Shown in pieces: positions 45,225 through 54,357 of a DNA stretch of 64,000 nucleotides. Source of the stretch: a virus (lineage: Duplodnaviria; Caudoviricetes); IMG/VR virus record IMGVR_UViG_3300023283_000076, positions 128,001 to 192,000 of that record. The stretch is one strand, 5' to 3'. The notes under the pieces were generated by a model. The model saw nothing but the letters and a program-made list of their open reading frames with translations, had not been told where the DNA came from and searched no databases. Numbering within the stretch: position 1 is the stretch's first letter; every line of letters starts with the position of its first letter. The position numbers and the translations under genes were made by a program.

Positions 45225-45686
45225 ATGAGAGAGAAAGTATACAGAGCAGGAATGATTCCATTCTTTATCGATGAAAATAATAATATAAAAATGAAATTTA
45301 TGGTACCATCTGATCAAACATATGGAACTGGATATCCACAGTTTGCTAAAGGAAGGATAGAAAAAAACGAAATACATGAAGAAGCTGCAATTAGAGAAGC
45401 CAAAGAAGAATTGGGCCTTCGTGAAGAAAATGTTAAATGGTTCAACTACTTAGGTATATTCCTTGGTAGAACATATATGTATATTTGTGAAGTTGAGAGT
45501 AAAGAAAACTTTGATGAACCTCATTATGAAACCGAGAGTACACATTGGATGTCATTAGAGGAGTTTGAAAAGCATGGTAGAGAGCTTCATAGGCCGGTGA
45601 TCAGAGAAGCTTATATGACTTTTAATATTATAAAAAGAGAGCAGGAAAATGGAGAACATGAAGAAGATCATGTCATTTATGAATGA
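45225..45686 (+). CDS. NUDIX hydrolase
   Basis: KGRIEKNE...EAAIREAKEELG Nudix box. Confidence 0.9.
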   Translation: MREKVYRAGMIPFFIDENNNIKMKFMVPSDQTYGTGYPQFAKGRIEKNEIHEEAAIREAKEELGLREENVKWFNYLGIFLGRTYMYICEVESKENFDEPHYETESTHWMSLEEFEKHGRELHRPVIREAYMTFNIIKREQENGEHEEDHVIYE

Positions 45687-46450
45687 TTATCTAATTGTCT
45701 GATTTCATTTAATTTTAATGATATCTCATAAAATAAATCTCCGGGATTTTTTATGAGATATTCATTAGATCTATTATTGTCAAAAAAACGTTCGCCATGT
45801 CTTTCTACAACTTCGACCCAATCAAAATCGGGTTCAAAATTATATAATTTAATTATATTAAATTCAGAATCTTTTATAATATTAAACATTGAAGTATCTA
45901 CCCCAAACACATATATATTTGGATATGTAGAATCTTTATATCGACCTATAAAAAAATATTTTTCTTTTGTCTGTGCATATTCTATTTTATGATGAATTCT
46001 AGTTCCTAAAAATTCTGACCATGTATACCATTCCCCCGTTCTTTGGTAATATACATCTGGACGTGCAGGTATATCAGCCGGTTTGTTTTCTGTTCTACAA
46101 TATTCATGCCATTGATTTACTGACGTAAAGTTTAATTTTCGGGCAAATGCTTTAGCATCCTCATATGATCTAAAGAAATTAGGTTTTTTCTTTGGCATTT
46201 CATTATATGTACCTAAAAAATATCCCCACCCTTTCCAATAATTTTTGTATGCTCTATCTGGCCGCTTGGGTAATTTTGCTGGAGTATTTAATGCATACCA
46301 TTGTGCATATTCTCTGACGGATCTTAAATTTTCTAAACGGACTTTCTGCACTGCTTCTTCAAATTCAAAATTTCGTCTGGGTCGTCCGGGGGGATTTTTC
46401 TTTTTTTCTTTCTTGTTCTTTTTCGATTTCCTTGCTTTTTTATTGGTCAT
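45677..46450 (-). CDS. integrase-repeat-domain DNA-binding protein
   Basis: Two repeats F.EA...R.LN..S..EY..Y......LP..PD..Y..W.GW..FLG. Confidence 0.7.
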   Translation of the reverse strand: MTNKKARKSKKNKKEKKKNPPGRPRRNFEFEEAVQKVRLENLRSVREYAQWYALNTPAKLPKRPDRAYKNYWKGWGYFLGTYNEMPKKKPNFFRSYEDAKAFARKLNFTSVNQWHEYCRTENKPADIPARPDVYYQRTGEWYTWSEFLGTRIHHKIEYAQTKEKYFFIGRYKDSTYPNIYVFGVDTSMFNIIKDSEFNIIKLYNFEPDFDWVEVVERHGERFFDNNRSNEYLIKNPGDLFYEISLKLNEIRQLDNHS

Positions 46451-46491
46451 ATTTTTATAAATATTTTAATTAACGTAGGGTATATATTTAT

Positions 46492-46962
46492 ATGCAAAAA
46501 ACCGTTGGTGTTTTATTAAATGGGGCACATGTTATTGATGCATGGAGATTAATTCCACGTGGGATAGTCGGCATGTATGGTTTCTTGATATATAAACTTT
46601 TCGTATGGTATACAGGAATTCCTACACATGAAGAAAAATCGTGTGATGATGCTTTGATTAAAACACTACTGGAAAATAACGTAGATATTACTATAGCCAC
46701 CGAGATGGCCTGTACTATTGTAGATACAGTAGGGGGGCCAACACCTGCACAAACTTCTTTTGTAACGGTTATTGTTGGATTATCGTCCGCAATGTTTGCT
46801 TTTTATGTAAATAGCGGCGGCAGTTGGAGGACTGACACAAACTTTAATACAAGCATTTCAGGAAATAAAGGAAAAATTCCTTGGAGAAAACCAAATGATG
46901 GCGAACGCGAGAGAAGAGATGAACGAAACGAACGGGAAGAGCGAGAAGAGCGAAGGCCATAA
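46492..46962 (+). CDS. membrane protein (holin-like)
   Basis: IDAWRLIPR, two hydrophobic helices, charged C-terminus. Confidence 0.6.
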   Translation: MQKTVGVLLNGAHVIDAWRLIPRGIVGMYGFLIYKLFVWYTGIPTHEEKSCDDALIKTLLENNVDITIATEMACTIVDTVGGPTPAQTSFVTVIVGLSSAMFAFYVNSGGSWRTDTNFNTSISGNKGKIPWRKPNDGERERRDERNEREEREERRP

Positions 46963-46963
46963 T

Positions 46964-47929
46964 TTAGTTTGGTGGCTTATTTTTTAGAAAGTCAGCCATT
47001 TCTGTTGCCCTAGACGTAATATTTCCCAAAGAGTTTTTCCCAGCAAATTTTATAAATCGTAAAAAATCTAACTCTTTTTCTTGTCCCATTTCTTTTATTA
47101 TACTCTTTTTTATGCGTTTCTTTATATGTTTGGGTTGTTTATCTAAACATAATAAAAGTTCGTTTTCTTTAAAAACATCACCAACAATATATTTTTTTTC
47201 TATATATTTTTTCTCAGAATTACAATATATTGTTTCCATGAATTCATGGTTCATCATATTACTTTTTTTTACATCATCATAATATGCTTCTACTATTTTA
47301 TTCTTTCTGACTCTAGGATAACTTGATCTGACATTATCTTTGTTATCCCCGCGTATACATTTTTCAAAAATCATAAGCCCTGCATCATTATTCCATTCTT
47401 CCAAGTTTCTATCCAACCCTGCTTTTAACGGATTTATGATTTTTACATTATCATACTTTAATAATTGAAGATAATCTTTGTCACTTGATACTAATATAAC
47501 TTCAGTGTCAGGTACTTTGCTATACATATCACAAATTACCCCTGCAAAATCATCTGCTTCTATTAATGGTTCTTGTAATATATATAACTTAGTTTTTTTA
47601 AGAACATTAACTAACTCATCTATTTTTTTATTCAAATATTTCTTAGCTTCTAATTCTTTGGTAGTCTTTTTTTCTTTTCTGTTTGCTTTATAAATTTTAT
47701 GTGTTATTGAATCAGATGATTCGGTATATTTTTCTCTCCATGTGATGCCAGAATCAAACGCTATAATAGTAACATCAGGTTTAATTTTATCATGCGTATA
47801 CTTAAATTCTAATATAGTCTTGGATATTGAAAAATCAATAGCACTTGTATCCGGTGCTCCGGTTTTCTTTTCTGTATGATAATTTTTATGTGCTATATTA
47901 TTTCCGTCAATGAATAGAATTTTTTCCAT
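46964..47929 (-). CDS. rnh: RNase H / 5'-3' flap exonuclease
   Basis: LFIDGNN, AFD, WR...YKANR, EADD, VSSDKDYLQL, GDNKDNV. Confidence 0.9.
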   Translation of the reverse strand: MEKILFIDGNNIAHKNYHTEKKTGAPDTSAIDFSISKTILEFKYTHDKIKPDVTIIAFDSGITWREKYTESSDSITHKIYKANRKEKKTTKELEAKKYLNKKIDELVNVLKKTKLYILQEPLIEADDFAGVICDMYSKVPDTEVILVSSDKDYLQLLKYDNVKIINPLKAGLDRNLEEWNNDAGLMIFEKCIRGDNKDNVRSSYPRVRKNKIVEAYYDDVKKSNMMNHEFMETIYCNSEKKYIEKKYIVGDVFKENELLLCLDKQPKHIKKRIKKSIIKEMGQEKELDFLRFIKFAGKNSLGNITSRATEMADFLKNKPPN

Positions 47930-47940
47930 TATTAATCCAG

Positions 47941-48357
47941 TTATTCAGTGTATTTTTTCGCTTCTTCTTCTGACATCTCAGTCCCAGTTTCTCTGACTAA
48001 TGACGCAAAATATATAGATACCATATCTTCTTCACTCGATGCATTTATTCCCTGTCTTTTTAATTCTTGAATAAAATGTTTGTTCCAATCCATCTTAACA
48101 CCAACTCTTCCATCATCTTCCATAAATACTTCAAAATCCGCCCATGGTTCATCACTTTCTTTTAATATCTCTTTTTCGGTTTTATAGTTCTTGTATCCTT
48201 CCATTTCTTCTTCTATGGAAGATATTCGCTTGTCATATCGTTTTCTCTGTTTTTTAAAAATTTTTAACATTTTGAATATTTGTTCATCATAATATTCTTT
48301 TTGCTCATTTAATTCATGTTTCAATGATTGTATTTTTTTTGTATTAAATATGTCCAT
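47941..48357 (-). CDS. conserved T4-superfamily hypothetical protein
   Basis: EPWADF...MDWNKHFIQEL...EEDMV. Confidence 0.65.
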   Translation of the reverse strand: MDIFNTKKIQSLKHELNEQKEYYDEQIFKMLKIFKKQRKRYDKRISSIEEEMEGYKNYKTEKEILKESDEPWADFEVFMEDDGRVGVKMDWNKHFIQELKRQGINASSEEDMVSIYFASLVRETGTEMSEEEAKKYTE

Positions 48358-48381
48358 AATATTGTGTTACCTCTTAATATT

Positions 48382-49125
48382 TTATGTTTCTGGAAAAATA
48401 TACATGCTAAGCCCATTAATTTTTAATAGCATTATACCTTTTTCTGATATTTGTATTTTTATTTTTTCTTTTTCTTTGCCTGATTCATTTAATAACGGAA
48501 AGATTATTTTAAAGTTATATTTAACAGAGAATGATTCAGGTGCATTTGTGTCTATGATTTTGTATGAATCTGTTAGTTCTTGTGTTAATACATCTTGTTC
48601 TATATCTGTTATTTCGCAATTAACTGTTCCGCTTTCAGTAGTATAAAATTTTAACTCTTTAGCACCCATTGCTGATATTCCACTATTGAGTAATCTTAAA
48701 TCATCTGATTTTATATTAAAGGAATAAAAAATAGGTTTTTTGAATTTTTTAGGTAATCCCTTTTCCGTAAGTATTGAAGTATTAAAACTAACAGAAGTCC
48801 GCTCTCCTTTTAATCGTAATTTTGATACGATAGTAGTTTCATCATCTAAAGTTTTTATATCTGCATACAATTCATACGGTATCTTAGATTTCTCGAACAT
48901 ATTAAACCTAGGATATAATGATTGAACTCGGTTGATATAAAGAGTATCAAATTCTAAAAAATCAAAATTGCCGGGTTCTATTAAATAGACCGCCTTTTCA
49001 TCTTGTTTAGCCCGGATACCATGCTTATCAATCATTAGAGATTTAATATCTACCAAATTGCAATATTTAATTGCAAACGCTATTATATCTTTACTTTTTT
49101 CTGATAGTTTAACCATTTTATTCAA
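48382..49125 (-). CDS. putative DNA polymerase sliding clamp (gp45-like)
   Basis: 247 aa directly after the polymerase; ISEKGIMLLKING.SMYIFP end; sequence similarity weak. Confidence 0.55.
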   Translation of the reverse strand: MNKMVKLSEKSKDIIAFAIKYCNLVDIKSLMIDKHGIRAKQDEKAVYLIEPGNFDFLEFDTLYINRVQSLYPRFNMFEKSKIPYELYADIKTLDDETTIVSKLRLKGERTSVSFNTSILTEKGLPKKFKKPIFYSFNIKSDDLRLLNSGISAMGAKELKFYTTESGTVNCEITDIEQDVLTQELTDSYKIIDTNAPESFSVKYNFKIIFPLLNESGKEKEKIKIQISEKGIMLLKINGLSMYIFPET

Positions 49126-49163
49126 TGTTTCCGTTATCTTATTGATTGTGACATTATACAGGC

Positions 49164-50114
49164 TTACTCATCAAATTCCAATACTTCATCTGCCAACACA
49201 TTTTTTTCATTTGGAACTGGTTCCCCAATTGCATCTAATATGTTCTTTATGGGTTTGTCAACCAAGCTTAAAAGTTGTCTATCAACGTCTATGTATGGTT
49301 CTAAATTTTTCCACCATTCAGGTATTAATTGTAAATCTACAGGAAGTGCAATTGCATTAAATTTCCCAAACGTTTTTTTCTTATGAAAATATAATTTTTT
49401 TACCTTTTCACCTGAACGTATTTTAATAGATTGTCCATCATTATATTTTGTCAAACATATATTATAAAATATACTAGCCTTTGCCATATGTGGTATATTT
49501 GCTTCTTTGTCATTATTAAAAACATTGGTATATTTTTCTATTGAATTGACTCCAGAGGGAACACCTAATTCTAATACATCTCGTTGTTTTAAATCTCTTT
49601 TAAACTCTACAATATCTTTTTTTACTGTTTTCCATGATTCTCCTTTCAAAAATCGTTCAAAAAAATTAGTTAATGTTTTTCGTATATATTTTGGAAGGTT
49701 CGTCTTCTTTATCTGTAAGCCCATAACTTTCATCTCATCAACTGGATTGCCATCAAGGTTTATGAGATGCAACAAATAATGTTTTTTTGCTACAAATATT
49801 CCTCTATCTGAAATTACCTCTTGTTCGGCTATTATATAATTTTTTCTTTTTTCATCACAATGAAACGCCTTTTGCATAAATTTCGGAAAGCTATTGTTTA
49901 CCAATTTACATACTGCCCCTGCAACGGCACTTGAGTTTTCTTCATTGTCTGCCCCGGTGATGAAATAAATACTGTTATGTACTAAGACATCATTAGCCAC
50001 AAAAAATGGATATTTTTCATCTTTCATTACAACATCATATACATAATCTTCTTCATCTAATAATATTTTTTCTATTGTTTTTACTTTTGACCTTTCAATG
50101 ACTGTATCATCCAT
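49164..50114 (-). CDS. gp43: family B DNA polymerase, C-terminal gene (IntC plus C-extein)
   Basis: 47 aa IntC ending FVANDVLVHN, then SIYF; KKHY, KVMGLQ palm/thumb motifs; GAGG RBS. Confidence 0.92.
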   Translation of the reverse strand: MDDTVIERSKVKTIEKILLDEEDYVYDVVMKDEKYPFFVANDVLVHNSIYFITGADNEENSSAVAGAVCKLVNNSFPKFMQKAFHCDEKRKNYIIAEQEVISDRGIFVAKKHYLLHLINLDGNPVDEMKVMGLQIKKTNLPKYIRKTLTNFFERFLKGESWKTVKKDIVEFKRDLKQRDVLELGVPSGVNSIEKYTNVFNNDKEANIPHMAKASIFYNICLTKYNDGQSIKIRSGEKVKKLYFHKKKTFGKFNAIALPVDLQLIPEWWKNLEPYIDVDRQLLSLVDKPIKNILDAIGEPVPNEKNVLADEVLEFDE

Positions 50115-50549
50115 TTTATAGTTTCCTCTTATGGTTTTTTGTTTATCTTTTTTATAATCTAATTCCCAAACTGTTCGGTATCACTCTTTAAAAGTTATGA
50201 AAATATCTTTTTCTGACAGTTCTGCTGCTTTTATAGTAATAAATTTACCGTTTCTTTCTACTACAAGAGAATGATCTTCTGTTACAGTTACTTCTTTTCC
50301 ATTATCTAATGTTATTTTATATAATGGTTTTTTAACTTTATGTCTATATACAGTAAGTACTTGTTTAGTTATCTTTTTCTTTTGTTCTGGGTTATAACAT
50401 GGCGAAAAGTATTCATCATTATTGAATTTAATAATTTGTTTGTTGTTCTTATCAGTAAACACTCCATGCTTGTCGGAAAGATAATCAAACCAATTTTCTA
50501 TTGTTTCATTTTTACCATTTATAGTTATTATAGAATCTTTTGTAACACT
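49974..50549 (-). mobile_element. split intein (IntN 50184-50549, IntC 49974-50114)
   Basis: Inserted in YGDTD|S; Ser1, TxxH block B, terminal His-Asn, Ser+1; stop codon and new start between halves; no intact endonuclease. Confidence 0.88.
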
Positions 50550-52340
50550 ATCAGTATCACCATAAATTATTGATTCTGATGGAAATTTATATTCTCCATC
50601 TAATGATTTTGCAATTTGTTTAGCCATATGCAATAAAATTTCTCTACCCGTCTTGGTTGTAGATTCTGCTATTCTCACGTCAAAAAACCTAAAGTATTTG
50701 TTGCCAAAAACACCATACATGGAGTTTAACTGAATCTTTTTTAAATATTGAATATTATCATAGTATTCCTTCTGTTTTTCATATGCAGGATCTTTGGTTT
50801 CCCCATATTTTTTTGTCATTTCAGCTTTCAATTTTTGATATTTTATTCTATCCTCAAACCAACTAGTCAATATGGATGGAATGATACCTTCTTGTGATTG
50901 GTCAAATATTGTTCCATGTGCTGATATACTCCATTTATTATTATGGAGATATTCGTTCCATTCTGCAGCAGTCATAGTATCATCACGACCATTCTCGTAC
51001 AGTACAGTAAGCTCTACATCGTTTTTTTCCATTATGTACTCATACGCCTTATCATTTTCGAAAAATTGGCCTATGAGCGTCTCAGGCGATATGTTAATCG
51101 CTCTCATTGATGAAGGATATAGAGATTTAATATCCACTGAAGAAATCCATTCATGTAATCCAATTTGTGGTTCCAATACGAATGCTCCCTCGAATTTTTT
51201 TCCATGTTCATCTACAGAATATGGAGCATCTGGAAGTACGACTCTTTCTGGCAATTCATGCTTGCAAAAATTTAAAATAGCGGTATCTGATGTACTAACC
51301 GTAGTTAATACAGATGGGATTCTATTTGTGACCATATGCGAAAAATTGATAGCCAGATTCATATATTTAAATTTTAAATCTAACCCTTTTAGAATTTCAG
51401 TATCTCTAATATTATATTTTATAAATTGATCAAAGTCTTCTCGATATAAACGATATAAACTTTTTTCATAGTCCAATTTTTCCATACCCTCAAGTTCTTC
51501 CTCTGCTACTGCTTCTAGAGAATATGAGGACCGTTGGTTTGCGTCAAACTTCTTGACCATTTGCATAAAATCTATCCAAACCCTTCCGATTGGTTTAACA
51601 TTTATTTCTGTGGACCCATATTGTTCGACTTCTATAACACCTACATCCTGATCTATCTCAGGAAAATTCATAGCCCTTGTAGCATTTTTTCCAAATATTT
51701 TCATCAATCGGAAATAAATATATGGAGTATCAAAAAAATCGCTGTTCCAACCGCTGATAATATCAGTGTCTTCGATTTCTTCTATAAACTTAGTTAATAA
51801 TTCCTTTTCATTTTTAAAAATGTATATCTCTGCTTCATGTTCTAAATGTTCTAACTGTTCTACACTACAATTTTTCCAAGCACCCTCTTTTGGTGGTACT
51901 GCAAAAACTATAGATTTGTTTGTATGCTTATGATATAAAGCTATGGAATTTACCGGTGCGTATGGATTTGAACTACCTGCATGACCCTTTTTTGGATCAT
52001 AATCAACCTCGATATCATAAAACGTTATATTTAATTCGTCTATTGGGGCTTTATAGTAGTTGTCAGATAATATTTTTAATTCTGGAGATATATCCGATTC
52101 ATATAAGTTAACCCCACGTTCTCTAAGTCTTTTTCGTTCTTTAAAAAATTCAAACGGATCGTCAAATTCAATGTTTGTTAATTTTGCACCTTTAACAGAT
52201 TTGTACTTCTCTGTTGATTCATAATCTTCTATAAAAAAATTATACGGGGCATCGTATGTTACTAGTACCCTGCCCTGCGGGGTTCTTTCCCATACATATA
52301 CATTTTTTTTATCATTCGATGTCGCCGTAGAAATATACAT
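50181..52340 (-). CDS. gp43: family B DNA polymerase, N-terminal gene (N-extein plus IntN)
   Basis: YDIEVD, GWNSDFFD, SYSLE, YNIRD, DIKSLYPS, KIQLNSMYG, YGDTD, then 122 aa IntN (SVTKDS...VTVTEDHSL). Confidence 0.92.
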   Translation of the reverse strand: MYISTATSNDKKNVYVWERTPQGRVLVTYDAPYNFFIEDYESTEKYKSVKGAKLTNIEFDDPFEFFKERKRLRERGVNLYESDISPELKILSDNYYKAPIDELNITFYDIEVDYDPKKGHAGSSNPYAPVNSIALYHKHTNKSIVFAVPPKEGAWKNCSVEQLEHLEHEAEIYIFKNEKELLTKFIEEIEDTDIISGWNSDFFDTPYIYFRLMKIFGKNATRAMNFPEIDQDVGVIEVEQYGSTEINVKPIGRVWIDFMQMVKKFDANQRSSYSLEAVAEEELEGMEKLDYEKSLYRLYREDFDQFIKYNIRDTEILKGLDLKFKYMNLAINFSHMVTNRIPSVLTTVSTSDTAILNFCKHELPERVVLPDAPYSVDEHGKKFEGAFVLEPQIGLHEWISSVDIKSLYPSSMRAINISPETLIGQFFENDKAYEYIMEKNDVELTVLYENGRDDTMTAAEWNEYLHNNKWSISAHGTIFDQSQEGIIPSILTSWFEDRIKYQKLKAEMTKKYGETKDPAYEKQKEYYDNIQYLKKIQLNSMYGVFGNKYFRFFDVRIAESTTKTGREILLHMAKQIAKSLDGEYKFPSESIIYGDTDSVTKDSIITINGKNETIENWFDYLSDKHGVFTDKNNKQIIKFNNDEYFSPCYNPEQKKKITKQVLTVYRHKVKKPLYKITLDNGKEVTVTEDHSLVVERNGKFITIKAAELSEKDIFITFKE

Positions 52341-52405
52341 TTCTATCCATACCTCGTGTTCGTATTAGAAAGATAGAGTATATATCCTTAGTTTTTCGCA
52401 GTCAA

Positions 52406-53026
52406 TTAAATATCCCAATTCTCAGGGTTTAATTCAAAATTTTCAGGGTGAAATTCATATGGTTTTGTTGATCTTATTTGTAACCTTACTTGAGTTAATG
52501 ATCCAATATTTACAGGAGCGACACCATTTGCAAAATTGGGGGCAGTTGGAAATATGATTAGTGTTCCTCGTTGTGGTTTAAAATTTATATCAAACGTGGG
52601 AAATTCTAATTTTCCCCCATTTACTTCAAAAAGGGGATCAAAGTCTGGTCTGTCATTATGATCATTTAACCATAAAATTCCGGTAAAGTCTATTAGATTA
52701 TATCGTACCCAACCGCGTTCCCGTGTTTGCATATATCCGTCAGTTTTAACTTTTGTAGGTTGATAACCGGGTGGGTACCATTCAAACATTAAATTATGTG
52801 TCCCCAAATAAGAAGTATTGAATTTATTTTCAAGTTTATATATAACATCGTCAAACGTTTGTAGAATGCGTGTGCTATTTAAACGACTCGATAATATAGT
52901 AACTTTAGGGTTTCCATCTTGACCTTTCATGGGAACAGCTTTGTCTATTCTTAAATCTTCTAATATTCTTTCACATAAAAGTGGTGATACAAATTCTTCA
53001 ATAATTAAAAATGGTATTTCTTTCAT
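52406..53026 (-). CDS. 2OG-Fe(II) oxygenase-fold protein (prolyl-hydroxylase-like), metal ligands atypical
   Basis: IIEEFVSP, ILWLND, GGKLEFP, PQRGTLIIFP; canonical HxD and distal His not evident. Confidence 0.65.
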   Translation of the reverse strand: MKEIPFLIIEEFVSPLLCERILEDLRIDKAVPMKGQDGNPKVTILSSRLNSTRILQTFDDVIYKLENKFNTSYLGTHNLMFEWYPPGYQPTKVKTDGYMQTRERGWVRYNLIDFTGILWLNDHNDRPDFDPLFEVNGGKLEFPTFDINFKPQRGTLIIFPTAPNFANGVAPVNIGSLTQVRLQIRSTKPYEFHPENFELNPENWDI

Positions 53027-53082
53027 ATTATGTTTATATACTGTGTTATAATGTAAGTGTACTGTTATTTATATTAAAAAAA

Positions 53083-53979
53083 TTACTCTGTAAGAGTGGG
53101 ATTCTGTTCTAAAATTATACCCTCAGAAGAACTATTTCTGGCTTTTCTTACAATAAATTCTTTTAGTTCGTCTTTGCCAGAATTTTCAATTTCTACATTT
53201 AAAGATATTTTGCTTACACCATCTTCAGTACATATGCCCGCATACACTTCTCGACCCATAAATTTTAATTTTCCCATCATACATGAATCATCGATTTTTT
53301 CAAAATCTTCTACAACAATTTTATTTGCATCGCCCATATTATATTTTATAGTAGGTTTATCACTAAAGGTTTTTATAGTTATATTATTTTTTTGTTCGGT
53401 ATCATGTTCGGCGAGGGATTCTTTTACTGTTTTAGATTCGTCATCTTCTTTTGATGATTTTGCTTTTTTTTCTCCTTCGTCTTTTTTTTCTATTCCCAGT
53501 ATATGTTTAAATAGTGTTTTTAATTCATCTTTGTTCTCTGCTACCGGAATATCATTTCTATAACATACGATATCAACGTTCCCTTTTCTATAAAACTTTT
53601 TAGGACAATATACGATTACTGTTTTATCACTTTCTAATACTTTACCTAACTCTAACAACGTTATAGGTGATTTACTATCTTCTGCAAAATATATTAGTAC
53701 CGCATCTGATTTTTCTATATGATCAAGCTCCCAAGATACTTGATCATAAAATTGTGTATTTTCTATAGATTGTGTCCATGAAGGGTCCCAATCTTCTCTT
53801 CTTGGGTTATATATTGTTATCTTAACTTGTTCTGAACTACATTCTTCTAAAAATTCAGTTATTTCTTTTTGCCAATCTTCGGAATCGCCCATGTCAATAG
53901 TTCCTGCTAAAAATATTTTAACAGAATTGGATAGTGGACGTTCTCTAGTGGGAGCTTTGAATACTTTTATATTACTCAT
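53083..53979 (-). CDS. nucleoside 2-deoxyribosyltransferase-like domain fused to unknown C-terminal domain
   Basis: IFLAGTI, WQ, YNPRR..W, QVSWELDHI, SPITLLELG, FYRKGNV. Confidence 0.8.
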   Translation of the reverse strand: MSNIKVFKAPTRERPLSNSVKIFLAGTIDMGDSEDWQKEITEFLEECSSEQVKITIYNPRREDWDPSWTQSIENTQFYDQVSWELDHIEKSDAVLIYFAEDSKSPITLLELGKVLESDKTVIVYCPKKFYRKGNVDIVCYRNDIPVAENKDELKTLFKHILGIEKKDEGEKKAKSSKEDDESKTVKESLAEHDTEQKNNITIKTFSDKPTIKYNMGDANKIVVEDFEKIDDSCMMGKLKFMGREVYAGICTEDGVSKISLNVEIENSGKDELKEFIVRKARNSSSEGIILEQNPTLTE

Positions 53980-53985
53980 TATGCG

Positions 53986-54357
53986 TTATTTTTTACCCCG
54001 CAATCTTTTGTTGAATTGCTGAAGTCTTTCTGTGGGTGCTCTTCGTTTCGCTAATTTTGTATGACGAACTCGCTGACCTTTTTTGTATCTAGAAGCTTTT
54101 TTACCGGCTCTTACTTGTTTAGGGTCTTTTTTGACTCCACATTTTTGGGGGTTTTTTACTAATCTCCCTTTGCGGGGTCCCGACATGCACCTAAATTGTC
54201 TATCAAGTTTATTTCCATAACGTTTAAACTGTCTAGTGACGCTTCGTTTTTCTTTTCCACGCTGAATATCTGGAGTCATAGATCCCTTTTTTTCTTCTAA
54301 ATATATAATCTCATCCTCGATATCCTGAACACATTCAAAAATATCATCTATTTTCAT
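53986..54357 (-). CDS. basic conserved jumbo-phage protein
   Basis: RQFRCMSGPRKGRLV...C; MKIDDIFE leader. Confidence 0.7.
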   Translation of the reverse strand: MKIDDIFECVQDIEDEIIYLEEKKGSMTPDIQRGKEKRSVTRQFKRYGNKLDRQFRCMSGPRKGRLVKNPQKCGVKKDPKQVRAGKKASRYKKGQRVRHTKLAKRRAPTERLQQFNKRLRGKK

